NCBI GenBank assembly: GCA_951406725.2
Contig: OX597833.1
Location: forward strand, 53,382,001 to 53,446,000
Length of the DNA: 64,000 nucleotides
Direction: 5' to 3'
Source: Octopus vulgaris
Taxonomy: Eukaryota
Below, in pieces: positions 29,608-44,121 of this stretch (position 1 is the stretch's first letter; each line of letters begins with the position of its first letter). The notes beneath the pieces are model-generated. The model made no database searches, was not told the origin of the DNA, and worked only from the letters and a program-made list of their open reading frames with translations. The position numbers and the translations under genes were made by a program.

Positions 29608-29763
29608 TATAGAGAGAGAGAGACAGAGAGATCGCCATATGTAAATACATACATACATACATATATATATATATATAGAGAGAGAGAGAGGGGGGAGAGA
29701 TCGCCATGATAGATCGTTAGCCACTACACACATTTTTTCTCTCCTTGTTTCCTTTCTGTGTCC

Positions 29764-29799
29764 CTTTCTGTAGAAGAGCGTAGGCTCGAAACGTAAAAG
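29764..29799 (+). ncRNA. Minimal hammerhead-like motif (A6U variant) in a Penelope-type terminal repeat
   Basis: CTTT-CTGTAGA-A-GAGC-GTAG-GCTC-GAAA-CGT-A-AAAG: stem I CTTT/AAAG, stem II GAGC/GCTC, palindromic ACGT stem III; homologue on the minus strand at 46779-46814. Confidence 0.5.
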
Positions 29800-29886
29800 A
29801 CTTTTTCAATTCCCGAGCGTTATACTAATACATCTGTTTGTTTCGTACACCACCTGTCTTTGTCTTTTGTTTTTTTCTTGAATTAT

Positions 29887-29942
<56 letters not shown>

Positions 29943-30140
29943 GCATTTATATATATACATACATACATTTATATATACATATATATATATATATATGTAC
30001 ACACACATATATGTATATTATGTATATACATACACATCTACATACATAGATACATAGAAACACATGTAATTCACTTAGTACAACATATGTAGACATTTGT
30101 ACTTTACGTGGTATCAATTACTCACACACACACTCACGGC

Positions 30141-30199
<59 letters not shown>

Positions 30200-31010
30200 G
30201 AGGGAAATGTTAGGGGACAAACGACTAGTCATTACAAAGGCCTACCGAATCTTAGATGACGGGGCAACGCTTAATTAACCCCACACGCTATTTAAGATTC
30301 GTGGTACGCAGGGACTACCGGGTTTGAATCGGTGAACATCTAAAGCCCTTATAATTTCATTATTAAAAAAAAAATAAATAAAAAACCTATTGTCCAGCCT
30401 GGTCCTTTAAGTCAAATGGGGTCTCATCGAAAGACTGCGTCACCGACCACCCGACCACCCGTATGTGATGAAAGCAAAGTTAGTCGTTTGTTTGCCTTAC
30501 AGGTAAATGAAAGGGGCGATGTGTGTGTGTGTATATATGTATATATATATATGTATATATAGGTGTGTGTGTGTGTGTGTGTATATGTGTGTGTGTATAT
30601 ATATGTGTGTGTATATATATATTTATGTATATATGTGTGTGTATATATATATTTATGTATATATGTGTATATATATGTGTGTGTGTATATATATGTGTGT
30701 GTATATATATATACATATATATGTGTGTGTATATATGTGTATGTGTATATATATGTGTGTGTATATATGTGTGTGTATATATATGTGTGTGTATATATGT
30801 GTGTGTGTGTACATATATGTGTGTATATGTATATATATATATGTGTGTGTATATACATTTGTATGTATATATATATATGTGTGTGTGTATGTATATGTGT
30901 ATATATGTGTATATATATATGTGTGTATATATATATGTGTGTGTGAGTGTATATATGTGTGTATATGTGTATATATATATGTGTGTGTGTTATATATATT
31001 ATATAGTATA

Positions 31011-31258
31011 TTGGGTTGGTGTATAATTATTGTGGCTTTTTTTCAACAAATTTTACTCTACAAAAACTATAACATGTAACAAAAACATCTTTAAATGATT
31101 ATTCCGGAGCATATTCACCATCTACTTCAATTACTGCTTCCCGTTTGCTTGGCAGACGGTCAGACCGTCATTTAAAGATGTTTTTGTTAAATATTGTTAT
31201 TGGTTTTGTTGGATAAAGTTTATTGAAAAAAAAAACCCCGCAATAATTATGCACAAAC

Positions 31259-31262
<4 letters not shown>
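31011..31262 (-). mobile_element. Mariner deletion derivative
   Basis: TA-flanked imperfect TIRs TTGGGTTGGTGTATAATTATTG / CAATAATTATGCACAAACCTGA; minus strand encodes DRLPSKREAVIEVDGEYAPE*, a mariner transposase C-terminus pattern. Confidence 0.75.
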
Positions 31263-31297
<35 letters not shown>

Positions 31298-31308
31298 TAT
31301 ACATACAT

Positions 31309-31344
<36 letters not shown>

Positions 31345-31493
31345 TTATATATTATTTTATATACATATGTATATATACACATATATTATATGTATATATA
31401 CATTATATATTGCACACACACTCATATATATATATATATATATGTATATGTATGTATACATGTGTCTCTGTGTGTGCGTATATATGTATAGTT

Positions 31494-31530
<37 letters not shown>

Positions 31531-31549
31531 AACAGCCAGATAGACAGAC

Positions 31550-31632
<83 letters not shown>

Positions 31633-32235
31633 TATTAGTATGTATATAATATACATGTAAACACACGGGCGCATTTACATATACATTTATATATATAGTT
31701 ATAGATATAGATATAGATATATATACACACACACGCACACAGTGCAGTGTAGAAAGGGAGCTCGGCTTGTTAGTTGGCGTGGAGGCTATAACTGGAGCTG
31801 TTTAAGTCCAGATGTGTGTCTGAAATAATATAAATAAATTTGTACAAGACAAGAAAAGAAACGGAGAGGTGGAGAAAGAAGCTGGCTTCTTTGATCATCG
31901 ATTTTTTTGTAAAAAGGCCTCGTCGGACGATGTAAAGTGTGTGTGTTTTTTTGTTGTTGTTGTTGTTTTTTTGTCGTGTTCGATTTGTCGATTAATTGTT
32001 ATGAGGACTGGAGTCCCGGGGTGCTGTGCGGAGGGACGGGGTGTGGAGGGGAAGAGTGGGGTGTGCGGGGCAAGAAAGGTGAGATGGTGGTAGATGGGTC
32101 GGGTTGTGTTGGGGGTGGGGGTGGAAGGTAATGGTGGTGTGGGATGGGTGGGATGGGGTGGGGTAGGGTGTTTTTGTACAGGCAGCACTTCCTTCCTCGT
32201 CCGGTCTTGTTTTTTCGGTGAGTTTCCGATATTGA

Positions 32236-32546
32236 CTACGACAACGACGATGATAATGATGACGGCGACCATGATATTGGTGGTGGTGGTGGTGGTCGTG
32301 GTGGTCGTGGTCGTGGTCGTGGCGGTGGTCGTGGTGATGGTGGTGGTTTGATAAAGGTGATGATGATGATGATGATGATGATGATAAAGATTATGATGAT
32401 GATAAAGATGATGATGATGATGATGATAAAGATGATGATGATGATGATGATAATGCTGATGATGATGATGATGATGATGATAAAGAAGGGGAGGAGGAGG
32501 AAGAGATGATGATGATGATGACGATGATGACGACGACGACGATGAC

Positions 32547-32584
<38 letters not shown>

Positions 32585-32630
32585 CGATGATGATGATGAT
32601 GATGATGACGATGATAATGATGACGACGAC

Positions 32631-32690
<60 letters not shown>

Positions 32691-32765
32691 AATGATGACG
32701 ACGACGACGATGATGATGATGATGATGATGATGATGACGATGATAATGATGACGACGACGACGAC

Positions 32766-32812
<47 letters not shown>

Positions 32813-32885
32813 CGATGACGATGATGATGATGATAGCAGAGAGACTTATGGTTCTGTTGGCGGTCGCAGTTGTGATGCGACGATG

Positions 32886-32925
<40 letters not shown>

Positions 32926-33490
32926 CGATAATAGCAGCTATATTTCACCTTGTCACAATGCCACATGTTTTTGTTAGGAAGGTCCCGGAAAAGAGGGGCC
33001 AGCAGGGTTGGAGGTGGGGGGAGGACTGTGTTGCAGTGATAGGGGTCGAGGGAGGGGACGGAACTATTAAATCGATCGAATTAGGGGCTGAAACCTTTGT
33101 ATTGACACCCAGACAGATGAAACATCAAATTGATGACAATTATGACGTCGGCGGTGAAGGCACGGGTGGAGTCGGTGGTGGTGGTGGTGGTGGTAATGAT
33201 GGTGATGATGATGGTGATGACAGCAGAGAGAATGATATGATGACGGTGATGACGACGACGACAGGTGGTTATTGTGGTGGTGATGGTTATGGTGATTGTG
33301 GTAATGGTGGTGTTGGTGGTGGTGGTGACGATGATGACGCTGATGGTGATGGTGATGATGATGATGATGCTGACGATGACGACGATGATGATGACGACGA
33401 CAGGTACCTGTTGTTGTTGGCGGTGGCGGTGGTGGTGGTGGTAACAAATATGACAATGAAGATGACGACGACGACGATGACGACGACGAC

Positions 33491-33535
<45 letters not shown>

Positions 33536-33558
33536 GGTGATGGTGGTGGTGGTGGTGG

Positions 33559-33611
<53 letters not shown>

Positions 33612-33620
33612 GTGATGATT
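32236..33620. repeat. Compound trinucleotide repeat region (GAT/GAC/GGT/AAC)n
   Basis: Directly visible. Confidence 0.95.
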
Positions 33621-33718
33621 TATTTACTTGCAATAAGCTTGGGGCACCCACCATAAGGTAAACCTGAAAATGTGTGACGAAACGTTAGATTAAATTCGTG
33701 TGGCTTACTTGCGAGTGA

Positions 33719-33770
<52 letters not shown>

Positions 33771-33910
33771 CGTATGTGTATATCTGTGTTTGTTTGGATG
33801 TGTGTGTGTGTACAAGGATAAAGCATCCAGAAAGAAAAGCAAATACAACTTGCGCGCACACACACAGAGTAACTGTCACATAGACACGGATACACAGACA
33901 CACACAGACA

Positions 33911-33956
<46 letters not shown>

Positions 33957-34399
33957 ACACACACACCTCCCACACTCACATGAACACAATTACACGCGGA
34001 CATACAAACACACCTATAACAACTACCGCATAGACACAAACACAAACATACACCTAGCAACTATCACATGGCCGCGCATATACACAGACGCACGTGCATA
34101 GCAACTAATACATAAAGCAGACACACCACACAAACATACACACACATACACATACACATACACACGTACACACACACATGCAAACTCAAACACATGCATA
34201 TACACATAGACATACACACACATACACGTACACACATAAACGTACACACATACACATACACGTACACACACACACACACACATACACACACACACACACA
34301 TACAAACTCAAACACATGCACACATATACAAACTCAAACACATGCACACATATAAACAAGTATACATACACACAAAGATACACACAAACACCCGCATAC

Positions 34400-34535
34400 A
34401 TATAACCATACGCACGCACACACACACACGCACATATACACACAACCATACGTACACACACATATATATATATATATACACACACAACCATACGCACACA
34501 CACTCACACACACATATATATATACACACAACCAT

Positions 34536-34578
<43 letters not shown>

Positions 34579-34721
34579 CACACAACCATACGCACACACA
34601 CACACACACACATATATATATACACACAACCATACGCACACACACTCACACACACATATATATACACACACAACCATACGCACACACACTCACACACACA
34701 TATATATATACACACAACCAT

Positions 34722-34756
<35 letters not shown>

Positions 34757-34789
34757 CACACAACCATACGCACACACACGTATATACAC

Positions 34790-34844
<55 letters not shown>

Positions 34845-34860
34845 CACACAACCATGCACA
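34400..34860. repeat. Microsatellite-derived minisatellite, ~10 units with core CAACCATACG
   Basis: Core recurs roughly every 40-55 bp, separated by variable (CA)n(TA)n. Confidence 0.8.
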
Positions 34861-35320
34861 CACACATATATATACATACACTACAAAACTTGTAACCATA
34901 CTATATTCCAGGTACCCTAGCATATATGTATATACCCCGATGACCCGCTAATATAATAACTATATTAAGTTAACGATCCACCCGAGTTTTTTTTTTTGCG
35001 TTTTTTTTTGTTATTGTTTTTCTTTTTTTTCATAAAGTTCCATTGTGTTCAAGTTCACCTGAGAGAGCCAACGGTTTAATACCTTTAATTGAAACGGTGG
35101 GTAAGGGGGGAGAGGAGGAGAAGGATAAAGAGGAAGAAGAAGAAGAAGAAGAAGAGTGGGAGGGAGGGTAGGTGAGTTGATGGTGAATATTGGGGAAAAG
35201 AAATTATGATCGAACACTGTTGCTATGGTTACAAAGTAATGACAGGCATCGATCAGTGTTGTTAGTGATGTGACTGGTTTTGTCAGGAAGTAAACATGAC
35301 AAATATACATGGACAGGAAA

Positions 35321-35371
<51 letters not shown>

Positions 35372-35409
35372 TGTGTGAGTGTGTGTATGTATATGTATGT
35401 GTGTGTGTG

Positions 35410-35476
<67 letters not shown>

Positions 35477-35525
35477 TTTCCTGTCCATATATACCCATCA
35501 TTATTACCTGTCTGATACGGGTACA

Positions 35526-35568
<43 letters not shown>

Positions 35569-35632
35569 GATGTTGGTATGTACATATATGTATGTATGCA
35601 TATGTTTTATTTATTAAAGTGTTATATATATA

Positions 35633-35708
<76 letters not shown>

Positions 35709-36212
35709 CATACACGACAGACTTCTTTCACTTTCCGTCTACCAAATCCACTCACAAATCTTTAGTCGGACCGAGGCTAAGTTGCCACGCAGAGGCGCTG
35801 AAACCGGAACCATGTGGGTTGGTAAGCAAGCTACTTACCACACAGCCACACGTAAAAATTTAATACTGGCTTCAAATTTTTGGTTCACTGTATGTATGTA
35901 TGTATGTATGTATGTATGTATGTATGTATGTATGTATGTATGTATGTAGGTAGGTAGGTAGGTAGGAAGGTAGGTAGGTAGGTAGGTAGGTAGGTAGGTA
36001 GGTAGGTAGGTAGGTAGGTAGGTAGGTATGTGTATATATTAGTAGCCTAGGAGCTGCAATGAATCAGGTGCACTTGTTACCCTTCAAAGACATCTGAGGT
36101 CCATTTTCGGTATCATCTAAGAATATGTTTCTTAATTATTCTATTATTCCTTTCAATCTCTAATATAATAACATTATCCAATTAAATAAAACTTCCATAC
36201 AAATTTTCACCT

Positions 36213-36214
<2 letters not shown>

Positions 36215-36273
<59 letters not shown>

Positions 36274-36835
36274 TACTACTACTACTACTACTATTATTAT
36301 TGAGTGAGAGAGCACCGCATGCCATCAAAGTGACACCGGGGTACAAATATACGAAGCCCAATATACCCATCGTGATTACCTGTCTGGTAAGGGTATACCA
36401 GACACATGCATCACAGCCATAGGCACGCGACGTAGTGCTCTTATACCAAGATTAACAGCGCATGACCTTGCAGATGGGGCCCAGTTAGAATTTTCTTTTT
36501 GTTGAGTAGCCCATTCCACTCAAAAGATCCCTGAATAAGGGTTGTTTAAGGATGATGAACGAAGCATCCATATTTCCAGAGATGAATTATTCAAACCCCA
36601 AAGAAGTCCTCTTAACACATGGCAATGATGCTCCCCAACTACTTCTGCTTGTGATCAGGGATGCACATATCGTCAGCCACTAAGGGACATGATCAACAGG
36701 TTAAGATCAAACAACTGACAAGCAAATCTGTGGTATTGAGCAGAATATTTGCTGTAGCCCATCTTTTATAACAAGACAAAACAATGTACATGATAACACT
36801 TCCAATCAGTTAAGATCAGAAGCCATGAGAGCCAC
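36215..36835 (-). mobile_element. Family D element with (AAT)n tail
   Basis: Reverse-complement homologue of 9918-10435. Confidence 0.75.
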
Positions 36836-36959
36836 CACCTTTTCTCCTCCTCTCCTTTTCTTCCCCTCATTTTTATGTACGCCCTGCAAATTTACTATGC
36901 TCGTAATTATTTACATTATTTACATTCGACGGATATTTGTCCTCATCTTGTTTTTTGTT

Positions 36960-37005
36960 AACACAACGTTTCGGCTGATATACCCTCCTGCCTTCTTCAG
37001 GTGTC
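36960..37005 (-). ncRNA. Minimal type I hammerhead ribozyme motif with canonical CUGANGA/GAAA core
   Basis: Minus strand GACAC-CTGAAGA-A-GGC..GCC-GAAA-CGT-T-GTGTT: stem I GACAC/GTGTT, stem II GGC/GCC, palindromic ACGT stem III, GUU triplet. Confidence 0.65.
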
Positions 37006-38000
37006 TTGGGGAAATTTCGAACCTAGGTTCTCATTCCCAAGGTATTTTAAACTACTACGCCACTACGCTTAACCGACGTAGTGCCAGTATGTATCTGCTA
37101 CATATGTGGGAAATTCTGTCTGTGGGTGTGTGTGTGGAGTTGTTAGTATTTGAACTGTTAGGGTTATTTTCGCAATTTTTCCAGTACAACCCTTAAACAA
37201 GTAAATAGTATTTTCCTAAACAATAGATCCGCTTATTTCGGTTAGTGACTTATTCAGGAATATACCAGCACTAGCGCCGCTGAGAGTAATATTCTCTGGG
37301 AACGCACAAAAGCCCTTTTTGGAGTTATTTACTTTGAGTTGTTATTATTTCATATCTGATTAGCCTGTTATCACATAACATGCTTCACGTTTTAGTATAC
37401 ATACCTTATTAGTATTTACTCCTAAACGCATTAAAGCCCTTTTCGGGGTTACTTTATTTGAATTCTTACTATCGGGTAACTAATTTCATGTTATTACATA
37501 ACTGACTTCACAATTTGAGTATTCATAACTTATTGGGAATTCCTAAAAACAAGATCCTGTGTAAGACAGTTCGGCATTCTCTGTAAATGCACAAAAACCG
37601 TTTTAAGGGCTACATACTTTGTATTATTATTGTATTAGCGAAACAATTATGAGGACGGAACCAAGGTATAAGCCCCGCTTTCCCGGGAATTACTGGGTAC
37701 GTCAGCTAGTATCTTCATATTTTCAACGTCTTTCTATCATTGTATTTTGTGGCTTGACGTCTTAAAAGTAATTCTATCCAGTAAATATATTTGTTTCTTC
37801 TGTGCATTAAATTCAGTGTTAACTGCTGACCTTAAATGATAACCCAGCACATAAAAAGGGACCTTTGCTGTCACATTACTTTTGACCACGTCGCACGTTT
37901 TCGCCACAAAGCTTTAGATGTTTCCTTTAAAGTTCTTTCCTTTCTTCCTATCTCGTTTCTTAACAATGTCATCAACCTTATTTATTAAACTGATACGTAA

Positions 38001-38124
<124 letters not shown>

Positions 38125-38312
38125 ATGTATGTACGTATGTATGTACGTATGTATATACATACATACACCCATATACACATATACACCCGTGTGTGTGTGT
38201 ATGAGTGTGTGTGTGCGTGTTCATGTATATATTTACACCTGTACACACCTATGGAGAGAGAGAAAGAGTGGAAGAGCGACGGAGTGAAAGAGACGAAGAG
38301 AAGTAGGAAATC

Positions 38313-38356
<44 letters not shown>

Positions 38357-38367
38357 GTGTGTGTGTG

Positions 38368-38411
<44 letters not shown>

Positions 38412-38854
38412 CTCAAATTTCAAAGTTCAAATATGGCTGCTGTCGAGATAAAATATCGTCCATTAATACTTGAACGCTAAATTATTCATATGTGTATGGG
38501 AAGTGTATCAAAATCGTTAAGCTCGCCGGACCAGATGCTTAGCAGCAGTTCGTCCGTCTTGACGTTCTGAGTTCTGCTTTTCATCCTTCCGGGGTTAACG
38601 AAATAAAATGATTATCTGTCGAGTACTGGCGTCGATATATAATCGGCTTACTCCTCAAAATTGTTGACCTGGTACCAAAATTTGAAGCCATTATTATTAT
38701 TATCATGCAATGAGTTTAAATTCCGCCGAGGTCGATTTTGCCTTTCATCATTTCGGGGTCGATAAATCAAGTATTAGTTGAGTACTGTGGTCGATATAAT
38801 CGACTATCCCCCTCCTCCAAATTTCAGGCCTTGTTCTTATAATAGAAAGGATTA

Positions 38855-38904
<50 letters not shown>

Positions 38905-39019
38905 GAGTGAGAGAGCACCGCATGCCATCAAAGTGACACCGGGGTACAAATATACGAAGCCCAATATACCCTGGGCTGTTAAAATGAAATATATTAGGAT
39001 CCATTCTAGGGGCCCTAAA

Positions 39020-39101
<82 letters not shown>

Positions 39102-39117
39102 ATCCATTCTATTATTA

Positions 39118-39176
<59 letters not shown>

Positions 39177-39368
39177 CAAAAGTATTCCGCAACCTTTTCT
39201 CACTTGCGGTACACTTTAATTTTTTTCAAACTTCGGCGGCACAATTAAACTAAAAGCATAAGTAAATGTACAGGAGAAAAAATAATATTCAGGCTACACT
39301 GCGGCACACCTAGCACCGTCTTGTGGCACGCCGGCTGCGGAACACTGTTATACAACATTGTGTATTTG

Positions 39369-39501
<133 letters not shown>

Positions 39502-39760
39502 GTGTAGGCGTGATGTCTTAAGACATTGACACACTGAACACTTGCTCGGAGACTTCCCGAGGTCTAGGACACCGATTCTGATCTATATATATGCGAAGCC
39601 GCATCATTGGAATGTAACTAACAAAAGCAATGCCACGTTTTAAACTTAAGAAAAGTCTTGCATATCTTTACTGTTCCGCTTACAAGTTGTCTCACTCAGC
39701 CATTTACTCACAAAACGAATTGCACCATTTATTATTGGTCTACATATGAATTCATGATCT

Positions 39761-39852
<92 letters not shown>

Positions 39853-40627
39853 TGTTTTTTCTTCATTTGTATTGCTTTTACGTCCTGTTTTTGTCACTTG
39901 TTTTACCCCTCTGCAAAATAATTTTATTTAATTCCTTTTGCAGGAAGGATTGCTTCGACTGTGTTCTGTCTTTACCTTCGAAACACACTTTGAGTCGAAC
40001 CAGGGACAGCTGATGAAGGGGAATTTTCCTTGTATTGTTTGTCCTGTACTCTGTTTTTTCGTTGTTTAAAAGAAGTCCGTTTCCTTGTTTGATCTTATGT
40101 TCTCGTCTCTCGTTGTGTTCTACGTTTATTTGTGGTGTCCTGTACTCATATATATATATATGTGCTTGTATATATACATGTAGATGTAAGTATGCACATA
40201 TATGTATGTATATATGCATATATTTTATTTATTTATTATATTACTATATGACCGAACGCACGCGTTATTTCTCTTCTCCAAGTTTTTATTTATATATATA
40301 TATACATATATATGAAATTAGAAAAAAACACCTTTTATCAATTCAAAATGAACAATTAAATTACACCATCTAGAAAATTACATATAATAGAAATAAGTTA
40401 GGATTAATATTCCCTCAAATAATTATATATGTATATAGAAGCTGGAGGTTTCAGAGCAGTTGTCCATAGCTATCCTCTTTCTCTTTGATTTTCGAAAAGA
40501 TATTCATATCAGCAGGGCAATGGGTATGGATGGATGGATGGGTGCAATTGTATATATATATATTAAATATGCATGTGATTATTGTGGCTGTAAGGGAAAC
40601 GTTAAATAGTGAATATGTGTTCGATAA

Positions 40628-41310
40628 AGCTGCTGCTGCTGCTGCTACTACTGCCGCCAACAACAACGACCGTAATGGTGGTGGTGTTGGTGGTGGTGGT
40701 GATGTTGGTGGTGGTGTTGGTGGTGGCGGTGGTGGTGGTGGTCGTCGTCGTCGTTGTCATCATCGCGGTTACGATGGGGGCGACGGCGGTATTGGTGTTA
40801 GTGGTGGAGGTGGTGGTGGTGGTGGTGGTGGAGGTGGTGGTGGTGGTGGTGGTGGTGGTGGTGGTGGTGGTGGTGGTGGTGGTGGTGGTGGTGGTGGTGG
40901 TGGTGGTGGAGGAGATGGTGGTGGTGGTAGTGGTGTAGGCCGTCGTCATAGTTGTGGTTTCGGTGGCGGTATCGTTGGTGGTAATAGTGGTGGTGGTGGC
41001 GGCGGCGGCGGTGGTGGTTGAGGTGGTGGTGGTCTGGCGGCAGTGGTGGTGGTGGTGGTGATGGTGAAGACGACGACCACGACGAGACAACGGAGACAAC
41101 GAGAGTAATGGAGATGATGTTGGTGCTGATGAGAAGGAGGGGAGAGGTTGAGAGAAAGAAGAAAAGGAAAAAGAAGAAGAAGAAGAAAAGGAAAAAGAAG
41201 AAAAAGAAGAAGAGAACAAGAAGAAAGAAAGAGGAGGACGAAGAGCGAAATAGTGTTGGTGACAAACAAAATGACGGCGACCACGACCACGACGACGACG
41301 ACAACAAACA
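40628..41310. repeat. Compound (GGT)n/(GAA)n/(GAC)n repeat region
   Basis: Directly visible. Confidence 0.95.
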
Positions 41311-42029
41311 AGATACGCATGACTTTCTGATAAAACGCCCCAATAAACAAAACCGCGCTTGAACATTTGTGTAGCCAGAAGCACAAGAGAAAGATCAACC
41401 ACATTCATATTTAATGTTGATCTGCCGTTGATGACATTCGACCGCCAACAGTAACCAATCCATCACCTCTTAATGCCGGATTAGAGAAAGGTAGGTGGTC
41501 GGGTGGCCGGGCGGATTACATGGCAATCCTATTGTTTCGATCGAGACAGCTTAAACTGACAAACGAATGATTCTTTCTCGTAATATTTTACCTTTTAAAT
41601 ATTTCGGGCGTTTGAACCGGGGGGGGGGGCATGCTGGAGCACCGACTCGGTAGGATTTAAGTCGAAGAGATCGACTCATAGTACTTATGGTTTTTGTTTT
41701 GTTTTGTTTTGGGTTTTTTTTTCTTTTCTTACGTCTGTTTCATCTTCTTTCGGTCACTTTTGCGGGAGCGTAAACAAACCAACACCGTTTGTCAAACGGT
41801 GGTTGGGGGGTGGAGGACAAATACAGGTACAAAGACACACACTTTAGATTCTTTTACTTGGTTCCGTCGTTTTGACTGCGGCCATGCTGGAGCACCGCCT
41901 TTTGTCGAACAAATAGACTCCAGTAGTGTAATAGATGCTCTACATAACTCCTTCGTGACGAGAGAATTCCTTAAGTAGAGAAGTTGATTGATTTCCATAG
42001 TTGCAAACTGGTTCTAGAATGGGAGTGTC

Positions 42030-43020
42030 AATGTATGCTTTCAATTGTGATATGTGATCTGGAAGAAATGTTGCCCAAGCAAGACTGGCTGATATTCTTA
42101 GTATATAGTTTTTAATCGCAGGAAGAGTTTCCTTATTGGAGATGGAAGAGTCTTCACAATACCCGAGGTAACATCTGTACTACGAGGTCGATTAAACCAA
42201 ATTACCTTCCTCTTCTTAGTTTTTGCTCTTGTGACGAGTAGATGAGGTAATCTCCTTAATCAAGCTTCTTACTGAAGCCACTAGCTAATACCGCGTTGTA
42301 ATAAGAGTGGCCTTGTCGAAAAAATATCAGAGACTCTCCTACTTTCACCAGCTGAAGGTTGTAACTAGGTGTGATTGGAATGTCTGTAGATGTCTACAGT
42401 TTGCTCGTTTGAACTTCTGTATGGATATTGTTTTCCTTCTTTAAATTTAATGTTATATCAAAGAAATTGCGTTTTCTCTTTAGGTTAGGGTTCATGGTCA
42501 AGCTAATCACCTTAAATATGCTTCTTAAATCCTCTCTAAATGTGTTTGTGACCATTCGTTTGCATGAGATTGCCAACCCATCATCGCTGTATAATCCTGA
42601 ACTGTACAGGAAGATTTGCTTTCTAAGTGTATCCAGTATGTACCATTCCAAATGAACAGCCACATTAGTGACTTCATTCCTCATGGAGACATCAAACAAA
42701 GGTCTTTTTACCTAGTAGGAATCGTCACTGCAAAATGATGGCTTCCTACTGTCTAAATACTATCATAATATCAAGATCACTAGTCGGGGTAAATTATTGA
42801 GCGTAGTTCAGTGCTTTCAAGAGGCGGAGTGGTCTGTTTAGAGAGAGAGAGAGAGAGATAAAGGTCCACGATGTTGCTTTGGGTACGTCTGCAGGATCCT
42901 TCGTTTTCAGCATCACGCAACCATTTGTTAAAATTTAGCACTACAATTCCACTGATCTGATCTCATGATGGACCTAATTCTAGGATTAACAGCGTCGATA
43001 ATTCTCTAACTACACTCATT
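42030..43020 (-). pseudogene. Decayed Penelope-like reverse transcriptase fragment
   Basis: Minus-strand GLYSDDGLAI...NFFDITLNL matches the GLYRDDGL...NFLDVTLNL pattern of Penelope RTs; frame is broken and boundaries are approximate. Confidence 0.7.
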
Positions 43021-43514
43021 TCACTTTTGGGGGGAATTTATTTACCTACGTTTCAAATCGGAGAGGAAGTTTGTCTTGTGGTTCTTAAAAGTGTGATATG
43101 TATATGCGCGTGTTTGTATGTATGTATGATTACGTATGTATTTATGTATGTATGTATGTATGTATGTATGTATGTATGTATGTATGCATGTATGCATGTA
43201 TGTATGTATGTATGCATGTATGTATGTATGTATGTATGTATGTATGTATGTATGTATGTATGTATGTATGCATGCATGCAAGCATATATATATATATGGC
43301 GCACGTGCGTCTTCTACGCGCGTGTATAATACTTACATTTATGTATATTAAGTTAGTTATATGTATAAATACTTCAATATATTTATACATATATTTATGT
43401 ATTCAGCATAAAGAGGTTCTTTCGTTTTGTTTGATGTAGTTTTCCCCCCTTTTCATTACCGTATTGCTAATAGAAAGATCATTAATATTAACACGCTTGT
43501 AGTTGTTGTTGTTG

Positions 43515-43585
<71 letters not shown>

Positions 43586-43904
43586 GCCCATAATCATATG
43601 CTTACACACATGTAGCTTAAACTTGGCAAACACCGGAAAAGGAAAAGTTGTTCGTTTCTGTGTATGTACTAAGCATACTATATACACTATATACATGTAT
43701 GCATACATGCACATACACTCACACACACATACACACACACACACACACACACAAAAACACTCATACGTAAATACACACACACACAAGTACATATATATAC
43801 TCATACATATACATAGACACACACACATATGTATATGTACGTATGTATGTGTATATATACATATATATACATATATATATATATATATACATACACACAC
43901 ATAT

Positions 43905-43953
<49 letters not shown>

Positions 43954-44071
43954 TGTGTGTGTATGTGTGTGTGTATATATGCAGTCACATACATATACAT
44001 ACATATACACATGCACATACACACTTGCATACACCATAAACATAGATACATATCATGTACGCGCCCGCGCG

Positions 44072-44121
<50 letters not shown>

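Noticed and set aside
32236-33656. Poly-His/Met/Asp/Gly ORFs (also 40485-41408 and 62453-63190)
   Set aside because: Trinucleotide microsatellites open in several frames on both strands; no splice-bounded coding segment.
34400-34860. CRISPR-like repeat-spacer pattern
   Set aside because: The spacers are (CA)n(TA)n variants, there are no cas genes, and the context is eukaryotic.
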